DNA of 64,000 nt from Armatimonadota bacterium (GTDB taxonomy: Bacteria > Armatimonadota > UBA5829 > DSUL01): the NCBI GenBank assembly GCA_039811685.1, contig JBDHZC010000001.1:320001-384000 (forward strand). The letters are read 5' to 3'. A program made the translations under genes and the position numbers. Under the pieces are notes generated by a model. That model saw only the letters and a list, made by a program, of their open reading frames with translations. It had not been told where the DNA came from and searched no databases. Positions 20,670 through 30,977 of the stretch are shown in pieces. Numbering within the stretch: position 1 is the first letter of the stretch; the number at the start of each line of letters is the position of its first letter.

Positions 20670-21512
20670 TCAGGCTGATTGTGTCACTGCGCCTGGAACA
20701 AGCGCCTGACCGTTCTCCCGAACCGTTGGAAAATGGCGGCCCCTCAGCACTTCGCCAGGCTGCACTTCCACGTACTCCTCCACGAGATGTCCGCGTCCGT
20801 CCGGTTCATAACGGGTGTAGCCGGGCATGTAGTGAAGGGCGACGGCGCGGCGTGGGATGTCACTGCGGTTGTAGTACGTTCCGTGCCAGGTGAGGCAATG
20901 GTGGAACATGCAACACCCACTCTTGACTTCGCACGGGACCACTTCCAGTCGGGCATCGGCAGGTAGGAAAGACTCGTCGTCGAAGGTTGGCTGGAAATTC
21001 TCATTCCCTCGCAAGCCGCCCGGTACAGCGCCCCAGTTGTGGCTTCTGGGGACGACATTCATGCACCCGTTTTCGATGCTTGCGTTGTCCAGGGCAACCC
21101 AGCAACTTACCAGGTCTGCCGGCTGAATAATGGGCCAGTAGGGGTGGTCCTGATGCCAGTCTGTCGGTGCGCCAACGCGAGGAGGTTTGTATTGAATCTG
21201 ATCGTGCCACAGGCGCACCGTGTCCTCACCCATAAGCTGCGAGACCATTTCAGTGATGTTGGCCTGGTAAATCAGATTGTGAAAGAGTGGATCGGCCTGC
21301 CAGATGTTGACAATTTGTACAACGACGTGATCGCTGCCCTCTATCTCATCGCCAACGAGATTGCTCACAGAATCCGCGCCGCTTTTCTCGCCACGCGTGA
21401 CCTGTAACACGCGCTCTTTCATTTCCTCAATCTGGTCCGCTTCCAGGACAGGTGTGTCCAGCACGAGGTAACCGTTATCGCGGAAAAACTCGACCTGAGC
21501 GTCATTCAACAT
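20670..21512 (-). CDS. Phytanoyl-CoA dioxygenase family (Fe(II)/2OG) protein
   Basis: FFRDNGYLV, WHQD, WVALD..NGCM..VP.SH, H..TWHG..NRS..RRA. Confidence 0.88.
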   Translation of the reverse strand: MLNDAQVEFFRDNGYLVLDTPVLEADQIEEMKERVLQVTRGEKSGADSVSNLVGDEIEGSDHVVVQIVNIWQADPLFHNLIYQANITEMVSQLMGEDTVRLWHDQIQYKPPRVGAPTDWHQDHPYWPIIQPADLVSCWVALDNASIENGCMNVVPRSHNWGAVPGGLRGNENFQPTFDDESFLPADARLEVVPCEVKSGCCMFHHCLTWHGTYYNRSDIPRRAVALHYMPGYTRYEPDGRGHLVEEYVEVQPGEVLRGRHFPTVRENGQALVPGAVTQSA

Positions 21513-21729
21513 AGAAGTGTCCTCCCTTGATGCGTCGCCACGCTACGACCTGATAACGTTTTACCACGAATGGATTTTTCTGTGCTTGTTATTGGGCTAG
21601 CCGGTCACAATCTGTGCACAGGATCGCCTGAGTTTTCCCGACTTCTGAGTGGCGCCGCGGCCACCGCAGGGTCTGTGGACCGCAGCAGCCAATTACCCTC
21701 GCCGCTGAAAGAGGGCATGCGCAGGCTAC

Positions 21730-22731
21730 CTATTTGGAAGGCTGGGCCGTCTGTTTCAGGAGTGGTGTCAGAGCGGCATCAATAGCAGATTCGCTCTCAG
21801 GTAGCTTAATGTCCTTGAAAAGATACCAGTGCTCGACATGTGTGACGCTTTGGCCCGGCTGCAGCTTAACCATTGGACCAAGCGACTCCATCTCAATGAA
21901 GTTTCCAGCTGTATAAGTCTCATAGTTACAGCCCTGATCCGGATAGGTTGCGGATTCCTGATATCCAAAACGCTTCACGAAGAGATTGCCGTTGACGGCA
22001 TAGGCAGCCCAGCCCGGCTTATTCTCAAAACCCAGCTTCTGCTCTACCGCATTGGTAGCGTCCACTTTAAGTATCACGAACTTCTTTCCGAGCTTCCAGC
22101 GAGGGTCGGAAAGGTCTGTGTAGTTCCAGAGCACCATAGAGCGGCCAGGCAGTAGCTTCTCGTCATGCGAAATGAAAGGCTCCTGCGGGATTACTTCAAT
22201 GCCACCACCCTTCACAATCGTGAGGCCCCACGGCGCCAGGTCTATGGCCCAGAGGTTTTTGTTTGTCAATGTCATTGTCACCGTGACCTGTGTTCCCCTC
22301 GGCTCCAGCGTGACAAGCATCTGCTTCTGAATTCCCGTGGGTTTCTCCGTATCCTGAGTCAAACGAATGCTGGCTGGTTCCTGCATAACCTGGACTGGAG
22401 AATCGTCCGGGACGTAGGAGCGCGGCTTTTCTTCAGGTGCGTGCCACAGTCTGTGACCACCCCAGGCGTGCCACACACCGTACTCAGTCTCCACCTTATC
22501 GCTCGCCGACAATTCCGCCAGCATATTATCGCCGCCTACAAACCGATACGCGATAATCCGGGGTCCGATATCGCTGGTGACAATGATGTCCACATCTCCA
22601 TTGGAGAGTTTGTAGCAATTGGGCTGGTGAAAATAGGGAATCTTTTCGATGGTCACCTTAGCTGCCTCAACTCCTGCAACGCTCAGGAATGCTGCGGCCG
22701 CAAAAGCCACGGCAAGTGTTCGTTTTGTCAT
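21730..22731 (-). CDS. Secreted galactose-mutarotase-like (DUF4380-like) protein
   Basis: Signal peptide; GPRII, GGHRLWHAPE, YPDQGCNYE, EMESLGP, HVEHW. Confidence 0.65.
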   Translation of the reverse strand: MTKRTLAVAFAAAAFLSVAGVEAAKVTIEKIPYFHQPNCYKLSNGDVDIIVTSDIGPRIIAYRFVGGDNMLAELSASDKVETEYGVWHAWGGHRLWHAPEEKPRSYVPDDSPVQVMQEPASIRLTQDTEKPTGIQKQMLVTLEPRGTQVTVTMTLTNKNLWAIDLAPWGLTIVKGGGIEVIPQEPFISHDEKLLPGRSMVLWNYTDLSDPRWKLGKKFVILKVDATNAVEQKLGFENKPGWAAYAVNGNLFVKRFGYQESATYPDQGCNYETYTAGNFIEMESLGPMVKLQPGQSVTHVEHWYLFKDIKLPESESAIDAALTPLLKQTAQPSK

Positions 22732-22803
22732 ACTCGTCCTTTCTGACCGCTGCGCGTCTTCGTCCGGATGCTGCCTTCCCCGCAATACTGTACTCGTCCT
22801 CTT

Positions 22804-25266
22804 TCAAGGGGCGCATGGGGTGTAGCTTATCTTTGAGACATCAATACTGCCGCTGCAGACATCCAGAAAAGGCTTGCCTCCGCGAATGCCGGCATTTCCG
22901 TAGCCGGTGGCCGTTGACAGGAAGCTGACAAAGTCGCCGGGAATGGACGGGGCTATGACCAACTCACGATCCACCGCATCATAGCGGATACCCGTCAGAC
23001 CCTGCAGCAGTCCGTAGCTCGACATAGCCCTGGCGTACCAATGCCCGCACTCGTACTCGTCGAACGGATTACGAAAGCGTCCATCATAGCGGTCTCTGGC
23101 CGTGCGGACAATCTGCAGACCCTCTTCTACAAGGCCGTACATCATCAAGTGCGAGGCGACCTGATACTCAATGCCGGTCCAGACTTCGTTTCCGTAGGGG
23201 AAAGGCAAAGTGAGAGGCTCGTCTTTCGGCCAACTGCAAAGTAGCAATCCACCCTCCTGCGCAAAGGCATAGGTAGGGCGCTGGGGGTTGGCGTGCGTCG
23301 AGAGATCTTTGCGATAGTTGTACCGATGCACGCTTTGGAGATGACTGCGCAGCTTCTGCGCGTCCAGAAAGTCGCCAAGACCACTCACGCGCGCCATCCA
23401 CGCACCGAGGACTCCATCAGAAAGACATCCGCGCCCATACTGATATTTGGGACCCTCGGTCTGGAGAAGCTCCAGGGCTTCCGGAGAATAGCCTTCACCA
23501 CCGGTCGGAGCAGGCGCCCTCAGATTTTCCCACTGGATCTTCTGAAAGAAATACTCACCGTCGAAGAGCTCACTCTCCATTCGGTGAACCCCGCGCTTCA
23601 ACAGAGTCTCATAGTGCCCGGTCTCTTCACCCAGCGCTTTACCCATCTCCAACGCGGCTCTCAAAGCGCCCAGATAGAAGCTGGTACACATCCCATCCGG
23701 ACCCCAGAATTCTATGTCATAGGTGTTGTGGTGCGGCTCTTCGAGGGTACCTGTTTCGCGTGGGTCCCACGTTGCAATGCAGTAGTCCAGGCTGTCCTTT
23801 ACTCTTGGCCAAATGCCTTTCATCCATTCTGTATCACCAGATGTTCGCCAGTCGCGATACACTTTGATGACTCCTCCGAGCTGTCCATCTGCGGCAGCGT
23901 GAAAGTCATGCGCTGCCGGCCGGACAGGCAGGGAGGATCGGAAGTTTTGATGCCCATACTCGTCTTGAGACTCGTGAAACTCCGTTTGCCGGAGCGAGCG
24001 CTCGGCGGAAGGGAAAAGGTGTGGCATTGCCTGTGCGTAATTCCAGACGTGAGTGCAACTTCCCGAGCAGCAGCCAGCGCTGTCGCAACACCCTTCCCAC
24101 GCCCAGATTCGCCCATCAGTCTGACGCAGCACTGTCGGAGATTTCAAAATCGCCAGGTTTGAGGCAATAGCTTCGGTAACTTCAGGTGGTAGAGTGCTGC
24201 GGAAGAAGCAGTCTGCAAACTGCGACGACTTTTCGCGAAGTTCGCGCCAGCGCTCGCGCCAGTCTGAAGCGACTGCGTCAATCGAGTCATATCGCGCGGC
24301 ATACCAGGGGCGATAGTACTCCTTTGTGGGTAATCCGGAAGAACAACAAGAGCTGCCCTCGCCGCAGCCAGAGTTATCAACGTCCTGTCCGTGGCGCTCG
24401 GTGGAACAGGGGATATACCAGCTAAACAGAAGACGAACGACCTGCTCTTTGCCCGGATCAATCTCCAACGGCGCATAGAGACTTGCGCCCGGGCTGGGCT
24501 CTGCGTCCGTTATCGGCCCCGCATCCACAATCGCCGCCTGTTGCACAGCCTTCCACGCCGTAGTCAGTGGGTCAAACCAGCCCCCGCGAAACCAGGCGGT
24601 GTTAACGTGAACCGTATCCAAGCCCTGTAGCTCCGCGTGGAAGTGCGCTTCATCCTCCGGATGCTCCTCAGAGCCAGGCTGAACAAGGGTAAACCCTCTC
24701 TCCCAGTGCTTTACAGACGCCCCCGGCGTGCGCAGTCGCGTGAGGAAATTAGCCGTGTTGAAAGAGAGCACTCCGCTTACGTGTTCTCCGCTGATATTGC
24801 TGACTCGATACTCCAGACAGGCCACAGGCAGGCTACTATCGTCAATATCTGGCGGCGTAAACGGGCTCCATCCGGTGATCTCAACAGCGACTGGGAGAGC
24901 CGGATCGCTGAGACTGACCATTCCAAATGGGAACCGTGCTCTGAACTCGGCGGCGCCAAATCGCGGAAGGCCCCACGTCTGGCCAGTACCGCCGTTAGCG
25001 GCGCCCGGTAGACCATAAGCTTTCCACATGGGCACAGGTCCTTCGACAACCCGGGCCAGATCAGGTCGGCCAGCAATTGCCAGCCCGGCAAACATCCGTG
25101 GTTCGTTGTAGACTTCCGGGGAATGCCGCAGCGAAAAATGCGAAAGGGCGCCTGTGCCTTCCAGGCAACACATGCCAGCTCCGGTCCCGCCGAGGGGAAA
25201 AGCGACACGGCTGAGGTGCTCAGCGCGATAGACGTCGTTGAAAGGTCTTGCAGCAGGCGCAGACAT
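22804..25266 (-). CDS. Glycoside hydrolase family 116 (non-lysosomal glucosylceramidase-like)
   Basis: PLGGTGAG, CTHVWNYAQ, AADGQLG, HNTYDIE, EVWTGIEY, EYECGHWYARAMSS. Confidence 0.88.
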   Translation of the reverse strand: MSAPAARPFNDVYRAEHLSRVAFPLGGTGAGMCCLEGTGALSHFSLRHSPEVYNEPRMFAGLAIAGRPDLARVVEGPVPMWKAYGLPGAANGGTGQTWGLPRFGAAEFRARFPFGMVSLSDPALPVAVEITGWSPFTPPDIDDSSLPVACLEYRVSNISGEHVSGVLSFNTANFLTRLRTPGASVKHWERGFTLVQPGSEEHPEDEAHFHAELQGLDTVHVNTAWFRGGWFDPLTTAWKAVQQAAIVDAGPITDAEPSPGASLYAPLEIDPGKEQVVRLLFSWYIPCSTERHGQDVDNSGCGEGSSCCSSGLPTKEYYRPWYAARYDSIDAVASDWRERWRELREKSSQFADCFFRSTLPPEVTEAIASNLAILKSPTVLRQTDGRIWAWEGCCDSAGCCSGSCTHVWNYAQAMPHLFPSAERSLRQTEFHESQDEYGHQNFRSSLPVRPAAHDFHAAADGQLGGVIKVYRDWRTSGDTEWMKGIWPRVKDSLDYCIATWDPRETGTLEEPHHNTYDIEFWGPDGMCTSFYLGALRAALEMGKALGEETGHYETLLKRGVHRMESELFDGEYFFQKIQWENLRAPAPTGGEGYSPEALELLQTEGPKYQYGRGCLSDGVLGAWMARVSGLGDFLDAQKLRSHLQSVHRYNYRKDLSTHANPQRPTYAFAQEGGLLLCSWPKDEPLTLPFPYGNEVWTGIEYQVASHLMMYGLVEEGLQIVRTARDRYDGRFRNPFDEYECGHWYARAMSSYGLLQGLTGIRYDAVDRELVIAPSIPGDFVSFLSTATGYGNAGIRGGKPFLDVCSGSIDVSKISYTPCAP

Positions 25267-25389
25267 GGTGGTTTCTGACTCTCCGCGAGTATGTTATATG
25301 GCCGACGCACCGAGCCGGCACGCAGCCGTGGCAGAGTCTATCGCCGCTGCTTGCGAGCGTCAAGTCTGTGTCCCGTCGATCTCTTGAGT

Positions 25390-27180
25390 CTACGGCCCGG
25401 CGACCATATCCGCGTTATCCGCAACCCATAACGCGGGGACGTTTGAGCCGGAAATCGTGAGGCTGCCACGAGGGCCGGTCACGGAGACATACGAACCTGC
25501 TTCGGGTTGTGAGATGCCTGATGCGAGTATGATACGAAGTCCCTTGTCGCCGGATACATCGCTTAACAGGCTTCCATCGTCAATCCGGATTGTGTTGCTC
25601 CCGTCGGAGGCTACAACCCGACCCCAGACTCTGAGCAATAGCCCCTGTGCCAAATCCGCAGCAGCGCTCTGGTTGGTCGCGTCTAACCTTGCGATTGGCG
25701 CGCCCGATCCCGCGACGGCGTCGGCTGCTGACGATATGACCAGCTCTCCGTTATGCAAGTTGACGGTCCCAGACACGTTGACAAGAGTCCCGGCTGTATA
25801 GTTGCGGGATAGCATTACGGCAATACCCGCAGAGCGGTCTGTCTCCTCTATGTAGTAGCGATCACTCAGGGCACGCGTGACAGTCTTTCCTGCCAGGTTG
25901 ACAGCAGTGCCGGCTCCGAAGCGTCTCGCCGCCCCGACTGTCATGACCTGCGGCAAGATGCGTAGAACGCGTCCTTTGGTGTCAGAAGGTCTGGTATTTG
26001 GCGCGACTGCCACGTAAAGCTCACCATCTGCCCCCTCCCCAAATCCTTTGATGTACACTGGCCGCTGCGCTTGTGCGCCGGGGCCGTACTGAAACTCGTA
26101 GATTTGCACCGGAGACGGTTCAGAAGGACCAAGATAGAAAAAACGATTGGCCAAATCGCCAAAAATATAGCGGCCACGCAGAGCTGGATTGGCCTGACCG
26201 CGATATACAAAGCCACCAGTAATGGAGATGCCGTCATCATGCGTGTACTCTGCAATGGGGTCCGCAAAACTTACTCCCTGAGTAATCAAAGAATTGTAGA
26301 GGGAAGCATCGTAAACGTGAAATCCTTCCCTTGCTCTCCAACCGAGATTGTCCCCGCTGTGAGCAATGTTGATCTCTTCATAGTTCTCCTGGCCGACATC
26401 TGGCAGTAAGAGAGCTCCTGTCAGCCTGTCAAATGAAAACCGCCACGGATTGCGCAGGCCAAGGCAGAATGTCTCGGGTCTCGCTGAGCTGTCCGCTACA
26501 AACGGATTGTCATCCGGGATAGCGTACTCGAGATTATCCTGCGTCCTGTCCACATCAATGCGCAGCAGCTTTCCCAGAAACTTGGTCTTGTCCTGTCCAT
26601 TGCCGGTTACGTCCGTGTGGCCGAATCCAACGTCGCCGCCGTTTCCGCCATCACCAGAAGAGATGTACAGATAGCCGTCTGGTCCGAAGTGCAGATCCCC
26701 GCCATTATGGTTCATCTGGGGTTCATCATAACTCAGGAGCACTCGCTCCGAAGAAAGATCAGCTACATCCGGATTTCCAGAAACGGTGAACTCCGAGATG
26801 ACACTCCTGTGATCGTATCCGGGAGAAGTCGCAGGAGCGCTGTAGTACACATAGAACTTCCCAGTAGTCTTGTAGTTTGGGTGAAAGGCCAGACCCAACA
26901 GACCTCTTTCATCATAGTTGGGACTGATTGCAGTAAGCTTTGATGCGATGTCCAGAAATGGCGTCGCCAAAATCGACCCGTGGCGGTAAATCTTGATTTT
27001 TCCGGTCTGCTCGGCGATAAAGAGGCGCTCATCACCAGCGTTTGTGACTGTCAAAGGAGACTGCAGGCCGGAGGCCAATGTTTGCAACTCAAGTGTGAGA
27101 TTGCCCTGTTGAACCGCCGCCTGAAGTGCGACCTGACTCATCAGAAAGACGGCCGTAACAACTACTCCACGCAAGCGCAT
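25390..27180 (-). CDS. PQQ-dependent sugar dehydrogenase (GSDH/YliI-like) with a C-terminal accessory domain
   Basis: ERGLLGLAFHP, NHNGG.L.FGPDGYLY, GDGG, GLRNPWRFSFD; AAGGAGGAG RBS before ATG 27180. Confidence 0.87.
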   Translation of the reverse strand: MRLRGVVVTAVFLMSQVALQAAVQQGNLTLELQTLASGLQSPLTVTNAGDERLFIAEQTGKIKIYRHGSILATPFLDIASKLTAISPNYDERGLLGLAFHPNYKTTGKFYVYYSAPATSPGYDHRSVISEFTVSGNPDVADLSSERVLLSYDEPQMNHNGGDLHFGPDGYLYISSGDGGNGGDVGFGHTDVTGNGQDKTKFLGKLLRIDVDRTQDNLEYAIPDDNPFVADSSARPETFCLGLRNPWRFSFDRLTGALLLPDVGQENYEEINIAHSGDNLGWRAREGFHVYDASLYNSLITQGVSFADPIAEYTHDDGISITGGFVYRGQANPALRGRYIFGDLANRFFYLGPSEPSPVQIYEFQYGPGAQAQRPVYIKGFGEGADGELYVAVAPNTRPSDTKGRVLRILPQVMTVGAARRFGAGTAVNLAGKTVTRALSDRYYIEETDRSAGIAVMLSRNYTAGTLVNVSGTVNLHNGELVISSAADAVAGSGAPIARLDATNQSAAADLAQGLLLRVWGRVVASDGSNTIRIDDGSLLSDVSGDKGLRIILASGISQPEAGSYVSVTGPRGSLTISGSNVPALWVADNADMVAGP

Positions 27181-27350
27181 ACCACTCCTCCTTCTCTCGA
27201 CGCAGTGAACGCTCGCCAGTCTCTGTTGCCTGCGCCGCTCTCCGCTCTTCATTTTATCAGCGAGGCGGTGGATAGTCGAGACTCGTCCACGCGCTGCCAG
27301 ACTTACAGGACGAATGTTCACCCTTATGGAAGCTTTTCTGCACAAAAGAT

Positions 27351-27379
27351 TTGACACACAACAAGCCGATACCTATAAT
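27351..27379 (+). promoter_or_regulatory. Perfect-consensus sigma70 promoter
   Basis: TTGACA (27351-27356), 17 nt, TATAAT (27374-27379). Confidence 0.8.
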
Positions 27380-27433
27380 ACCGACACTTAAGCCGCCTGC
27401 TCAAGGCGGCGCGCGCACTTGGAGAAAACTACT

Positions 27434-28132
27434 ATGCCCTTTCGCTCTAGCCTGAAAAAGGCTTTTGCTGTAGTTGGAGTGACAGCGCTCGCAGCGCCAG
27501 CCTTCTCCTACAGCATTGTCAATGTGCCAACAGCTAACCAGGCTGCCCTGCACGAGTTCAACATAGCGTACTACAATATGTCGGTGCGCAAGCTCCCCGT
27601 TACGCACAAGGATATCTACATCGGGTACTCAACAGTGGCGCCCAATCTGGAGCTGGAGTGGATCCACGTTGACATCAACAAAGGCGCTCCCTCTCAGGAC
27701 ATTGTCAACGCGACCTACAAAATACTTGCAGAGACACCCAAGCTCCCAGATGTGGTTCTGGGCGTCAAGAACATCTTCAGCGATGACAATTCACCCGATC
27801 CAGATGAGCAGAAGGCGTCTTACTATATCGCCACAGCCAAGACACTCAATCCACCAAAGCCCGGACAGCCGTGGCATCCTGTCGTGCGCCTGCATGTCAA
27901 CTATGGCACGCGGGAGCATCGCGGTCTCTTTGGCGGCCTCCAGATCGCTATTACACCACGTCTGGGAGTCGCAGCGATGAAGTTCACGAATTCCCACTAC
28001 GTAGATACGTTTTTCGGGAATTCTTCTGAGCTGGCGGCGGTGTATTCTCTCGGCAAGAATGCCCCCAATATCAAAGCAGGGACTCTTGGACACCATCGCT
28101 GGGTCGGCATCGACTACAGCCTTCATTACTGA
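27434..28132 (+). CDS. Secreted hypothetical protein, probable small outer-membrane beta-barrel
   Basis: Signal peptide; alternating amphipathic strands; C-terminal aromatic residue (WVGIDYSLHY). Confidence 0.6.
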   Translation: MPFRSSLKKAFAVVGVTALAAPAFSYSIVNVPTANQAALHEFNIAYYNMSVRKLPVTHKDIYIGYSTVAPNLELEWIHVDINKGAPSQDIVNATYKILAETPKLPDVVLGVKNIFSDDNSPDPDEQKASYYIATAKTLNPPKPGQPWHPVVRLHVNYGTREHRGLFGGLQIAITPRLGVAAMKFTNSHYVDTFFGNSSELAAVYSLGKNAPNIKAGTLGHHRWVGIDYSLHY

Positions 28133-28192
28133 GAGATTCGCTGAAGTCACTTCTGCGACGGACTTTGTTTGAGCCAGAGTCTTTTGTTTCAG

Positions 28193-28224
28193 GCGCGAGA
28201 GCTTTGCTCCCGCGCTTTTCTTTT
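28193..28224 (+). terminator. Intrinsic terminator
   Basis: GCGCGAGAGC-ttt-GCTCCCGCGC followed by TTTTCTTTT. Confidence 0.7.
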
Positions 28225-28296
28225 GTCCGGTTGCAACGGCGACATCCAGAGGCGAATAATAGGGTGAGACACTGATTCAAAGGAAGGAGTCTGTGC

Positions 28297-28866
28297 GTGA
28301 CATCGACGGTTCAACGCTGCGGCTGGGCGAAATCAGAGTTGCTGCAGACATATCACGATACGGTCTGGGGAGTACCGGCGCACGATGACCGGCTTCTGTA
28401 TGAAATGCTTATTCTGGACGGCGCCCAGGCCGGACTGAGCTGGGAGATCATCCTCAAGAAGCGAGACGGATACTACCGTGCGTTTGCCGGTTTTGATCCG
28501 CAGCAGGTCGCGCTCTTTGACGGGCACAAAATCGCGCAGCTGATACGCGATCCTTCAATTGTACGCAACCGTCTGAAGATTCAGTCCGCTGTGGTGAACG
28601 CGCGCTGCTTTCTGAGTATTCAGGAGGAGTTCGGATCGTTTGACAACTATCTCTGGGCGTGGGTAGGGCGCCGTCCAGTGGTTAACAACTGGAAATCTCT
28701 GGCTGATGTTCCCGCCAGGACTGAGCTGTCTGACGCGCTCAGTAAAGACCTGAGCAGGCGCGGCTTTACTTTCGTGGGATCAACGATCTGCTACGCTTTT
28801 CTCCAATCTGCAGGACTCGTCAACGACCATCTCGTTTCGTGCTTTCGTCACTTACAGCTCACCTGA
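28297..28866 (+). CDS. tag: DNA-3-methyladenine glycosylase I
   Basis: RCGW, YHD..WGVP, QAGLSW, IVRNRLKI, FVGSTICYAFLQSAG.VNDH..CF. Confidence 0.93.
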   Translation: MTSTVQRCGWAKSELLQTYHDTVWGVPAHDDRLLYEMLILDGAQAGLSWEIILKKRDGYYRAFAGFDPQQVALFDGHKIAQLIRDPSIVRNRLKIQSAVVNARCFLSIQEEFGSFDNYLWAWVGRRPVVNNWKSLADVPARTELSDALSKDLSRRGFTFVGSTICYAFLQSAGLVNDHLVSCFRHLQLT

Positions 28867-28977
28867 AGCAATTACTGGAACTTCCATCAGAGCGCAGCGC
28901 AAACTGCGACGTGTGCGATAGAATGGATATGATTTTCACTCCTTCGCACCTGTCAGCGAAGAACTAACTAACGGCCA

Positions 28978-29106
28978 GTGAACAGGTCGAACTGGAGAAA
29001 AAGGGATGAGATCGCCCCAGTCCCGGAACCGTCGGGTATGCGAACACTGCTGCTGGGTATCCTGGGCGGCAGCAGACTACGCCTGCGCAGGTTCAGGCGA
29101 GTCTAA
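28978..29106 (+). pseudogene. Orphan PEP-CTERM tail (42-aa ORF or gene remnant)
   Basis: Translated by hand: ...IAPVPEPSGMRTLLLGILGGSRLRLRRFRRV*; in-frame TAA at 28969 upstream. Confidence 0.55.
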
Positions 29107-29178
29107 ACTCCACGTGCGGTTCTCTCTCCTTCTGGCAACGCAGAAGAGCCTGAGAGTTTCGCCCTCAATCTTCGATTT

Positions 29179-30060
29179 ATGCGCAATCTGAGTCGTGAAA
29201 GCTGCTACGAAATCCTGAGAATAAGGCCAGGAGCGGGCCCTCTCGAAGTGCAAAGGGCTTTTCGTCAGCGTGTACTCGAGTGTCACCCGGACCTGCAGAA
29301 AGACCCTGCAGTCGCCTCAGAGGCTGAGTTGAAGCGAGTCGTCCATGCCTACCGTCTCCTGACCAGCGGGCGCGCTCTCTCACGACACGACCTCCTCGAA
29401 GAAGCTTTCAAAGCCACGGCGGAATCTTCCGACGCATCCGAGCAATCGGCTAGTCCGACGCTGCCACGCCTTACTGTGTCCTCAACGCAGGCGGCTGCCT
29501 TGATGGTGGGCGTCGCGACTCTGAATGTATTTCTGTTTCTGATCCTCTACCACATTCTCTCATCTCCACCACCCGCAGGGTTTCCCGCTGTCTTTGAGTT
29601 GGCGCCAGATCAGATTGCGTGCGTGGTTGTGTTTCTGAGCGCACAGGTACCCGGAGCTGCAGCGGCGGCAGGAGAGAACGTCATCTTAGCCAACATGTTT
29701 CTCAGAAGCGCGCTGGGCGGAATTGTCTTCGGCACGATTTCTCTGTTCCTGGGTGTCTTTCCTATACTGTCACAGTCAGAACTGAGCTCCGGCGTTGAGG
29801 GCCTTTTGGCGACGTCACTAGGGTGCGTGCTGGCCGGGTTGTGCGGAGGCGCGCTGGGCGGAATGATCCTGTACACCATGCGTCGCTATGAGGTCGCAAT
29901 ACACCATCGTGGCGGCCAGAGCATCTTGCAGAACCGCATTACCGGAGCGGCCGTTGCCTGTGCCAACGTTGGCCTGGCCTGGATAGCCATTCTTATCACA
30001 GTGGCGCTGGTCCTCGGGATACCAGCAGGACTGTTGGCCTTTGTGCACGCTGTGTTTTAG
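29179..30060 (+). CDS. J-domain protein with C-terminal membrane helices
   Basis: YEIL..AFRQRVLECHPD..AYRLL; several TM segments. Confidence 0.8.
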   Translation: MRNLSRESCYEILRIRPGAGPLEVQRAFRQRVLECHPDLQKDPAVASEAELKRVVHAYRLLTSGRALSRHDLLEEAFKATAESSDASEQSASPTLPRLTVSSTQAAALMVGVATLNVFLFLILYHILSSPPPAGFPAVFELAPDQIACVVVFLSAQVPGAAAAAGENVILANMFLRSALGGIVFGTISLFLGVFPILSQSELSSGVEGLLATSLGCVLAGLCGGALGGMILYTMRRYEVAIHHRGGQSILQNRITGAAVACANVGLAWIAILITVALVLGIPAGLLAFVHAVF

Positions 30061-30186
30061 TCTATCAGTCCGCCGTACTCAATCAACTTCCGACGGACGA
30101 TTTTTCGTAGAAACTATGGCTTTTGTCGAGATTGGTGATAAAATGATGTAACCGATTTCGCCAGCTTACACAGGAGAAAGCTACAA

Positions 30187-30921
30187 GTGAGAACGAGGTT
30201 GTTGCAGTCAATTTCAGAGCCGCCACTTCGCCGCGCGCGAGTGTCGGCGTGTGCGGCAGGCTTTACGCTGATAGAGCTTCTCGTAGTCATTGCTATCATC
30301 GCCATTCTGGCCGCGATCCTCTTCCCGGTTTTCAGCAATGCTCGGGAGCGTGGGCGGCAGACCATGTGTCTGAGCAATATGAAGCAGTTGGGCTACTGCT
30401 TCCGCATGTACATGGATGACAACAAAGGCCGAATGCCCAACATTAACCACACGACTGAAACGCGCCTGCAGGACTGGGCGGGAGTGCCTCGCGTTTTTGA
30501 GAAACCCGTTTTTGAGATGGGCTCACTGTGGCCTTACGCGAAAGACCGGAAGCTGTACCAGTGCCCGACGGATAAGAACAAGCCGGCCGTCAGGTGCACC
30601 AACAAGCCGCGAGACTACGGACTGTCTTACTCAGTGAACGAAGCGCTTCAGATGGCGAACATAGACGCTGCCTTCAGCTACAACAGCCCGTCGCAGTGCC
30701 TGTTAATGGTGCATGAGTCGCGCGACACGATCAATGACGGGTATTACAACTGGACCTACGCAGGCTCCAACCGTGATACGGGTAGCGTCGTCCATTATGA
30801 TGGCACCACTATCTGCTACTGCGACATGCACGCCAAGAGAATCTCGTACACGGAGCTTGAAAAGGAGCGCACAACGCTGATTGCCCCTCCCGTGAACAAA
30901 CCGGCCTGGGCGTTGTTCTAA
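30187..30921 (+). CDS. Prepilin-type N-terminal cleavage/methylation protein (DUF1559-like)
   Basis: [35 protein letters not shown]-terminal H-x9-D-x-H. Confidence 0.9.
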   Translation: MRTRLLQSISEPPLRRARVSACAAGFTLIELLVVIAIIAILAAILFPVFSNARERGRQTMCLSNMKQLGYCFRMYMDDNKGRMPNINHTTETRLQDWAGVPRVFEKPVFEMGSLWPYAKDRKLYQCPTDKNKPAVRCTNKPRDYGLSYSVNEALQMANIDAAFSYNSPSQCLLMVHESRDTINDGYYNWTYAGSNRDTGSVVHYDGTTICYCDMHAKRISYTELEKERTTLIAPPVNKPAWALF

Positions 30922-30943
30922 CAAAATCAGTATCCATCTCACT

Positions 30944-30976
30944 GAGGATCTCGCGCTTGGCTCAAGCGAGGTCCTC
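30944..30976. terminator. Imperfect hairpin between convergent genes
   Basis: GAGGATCTCGCGCTTG ... CAAGCGAGGTCCTC. Confidence 0.45.
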
Positions 30977-30977
30977 G

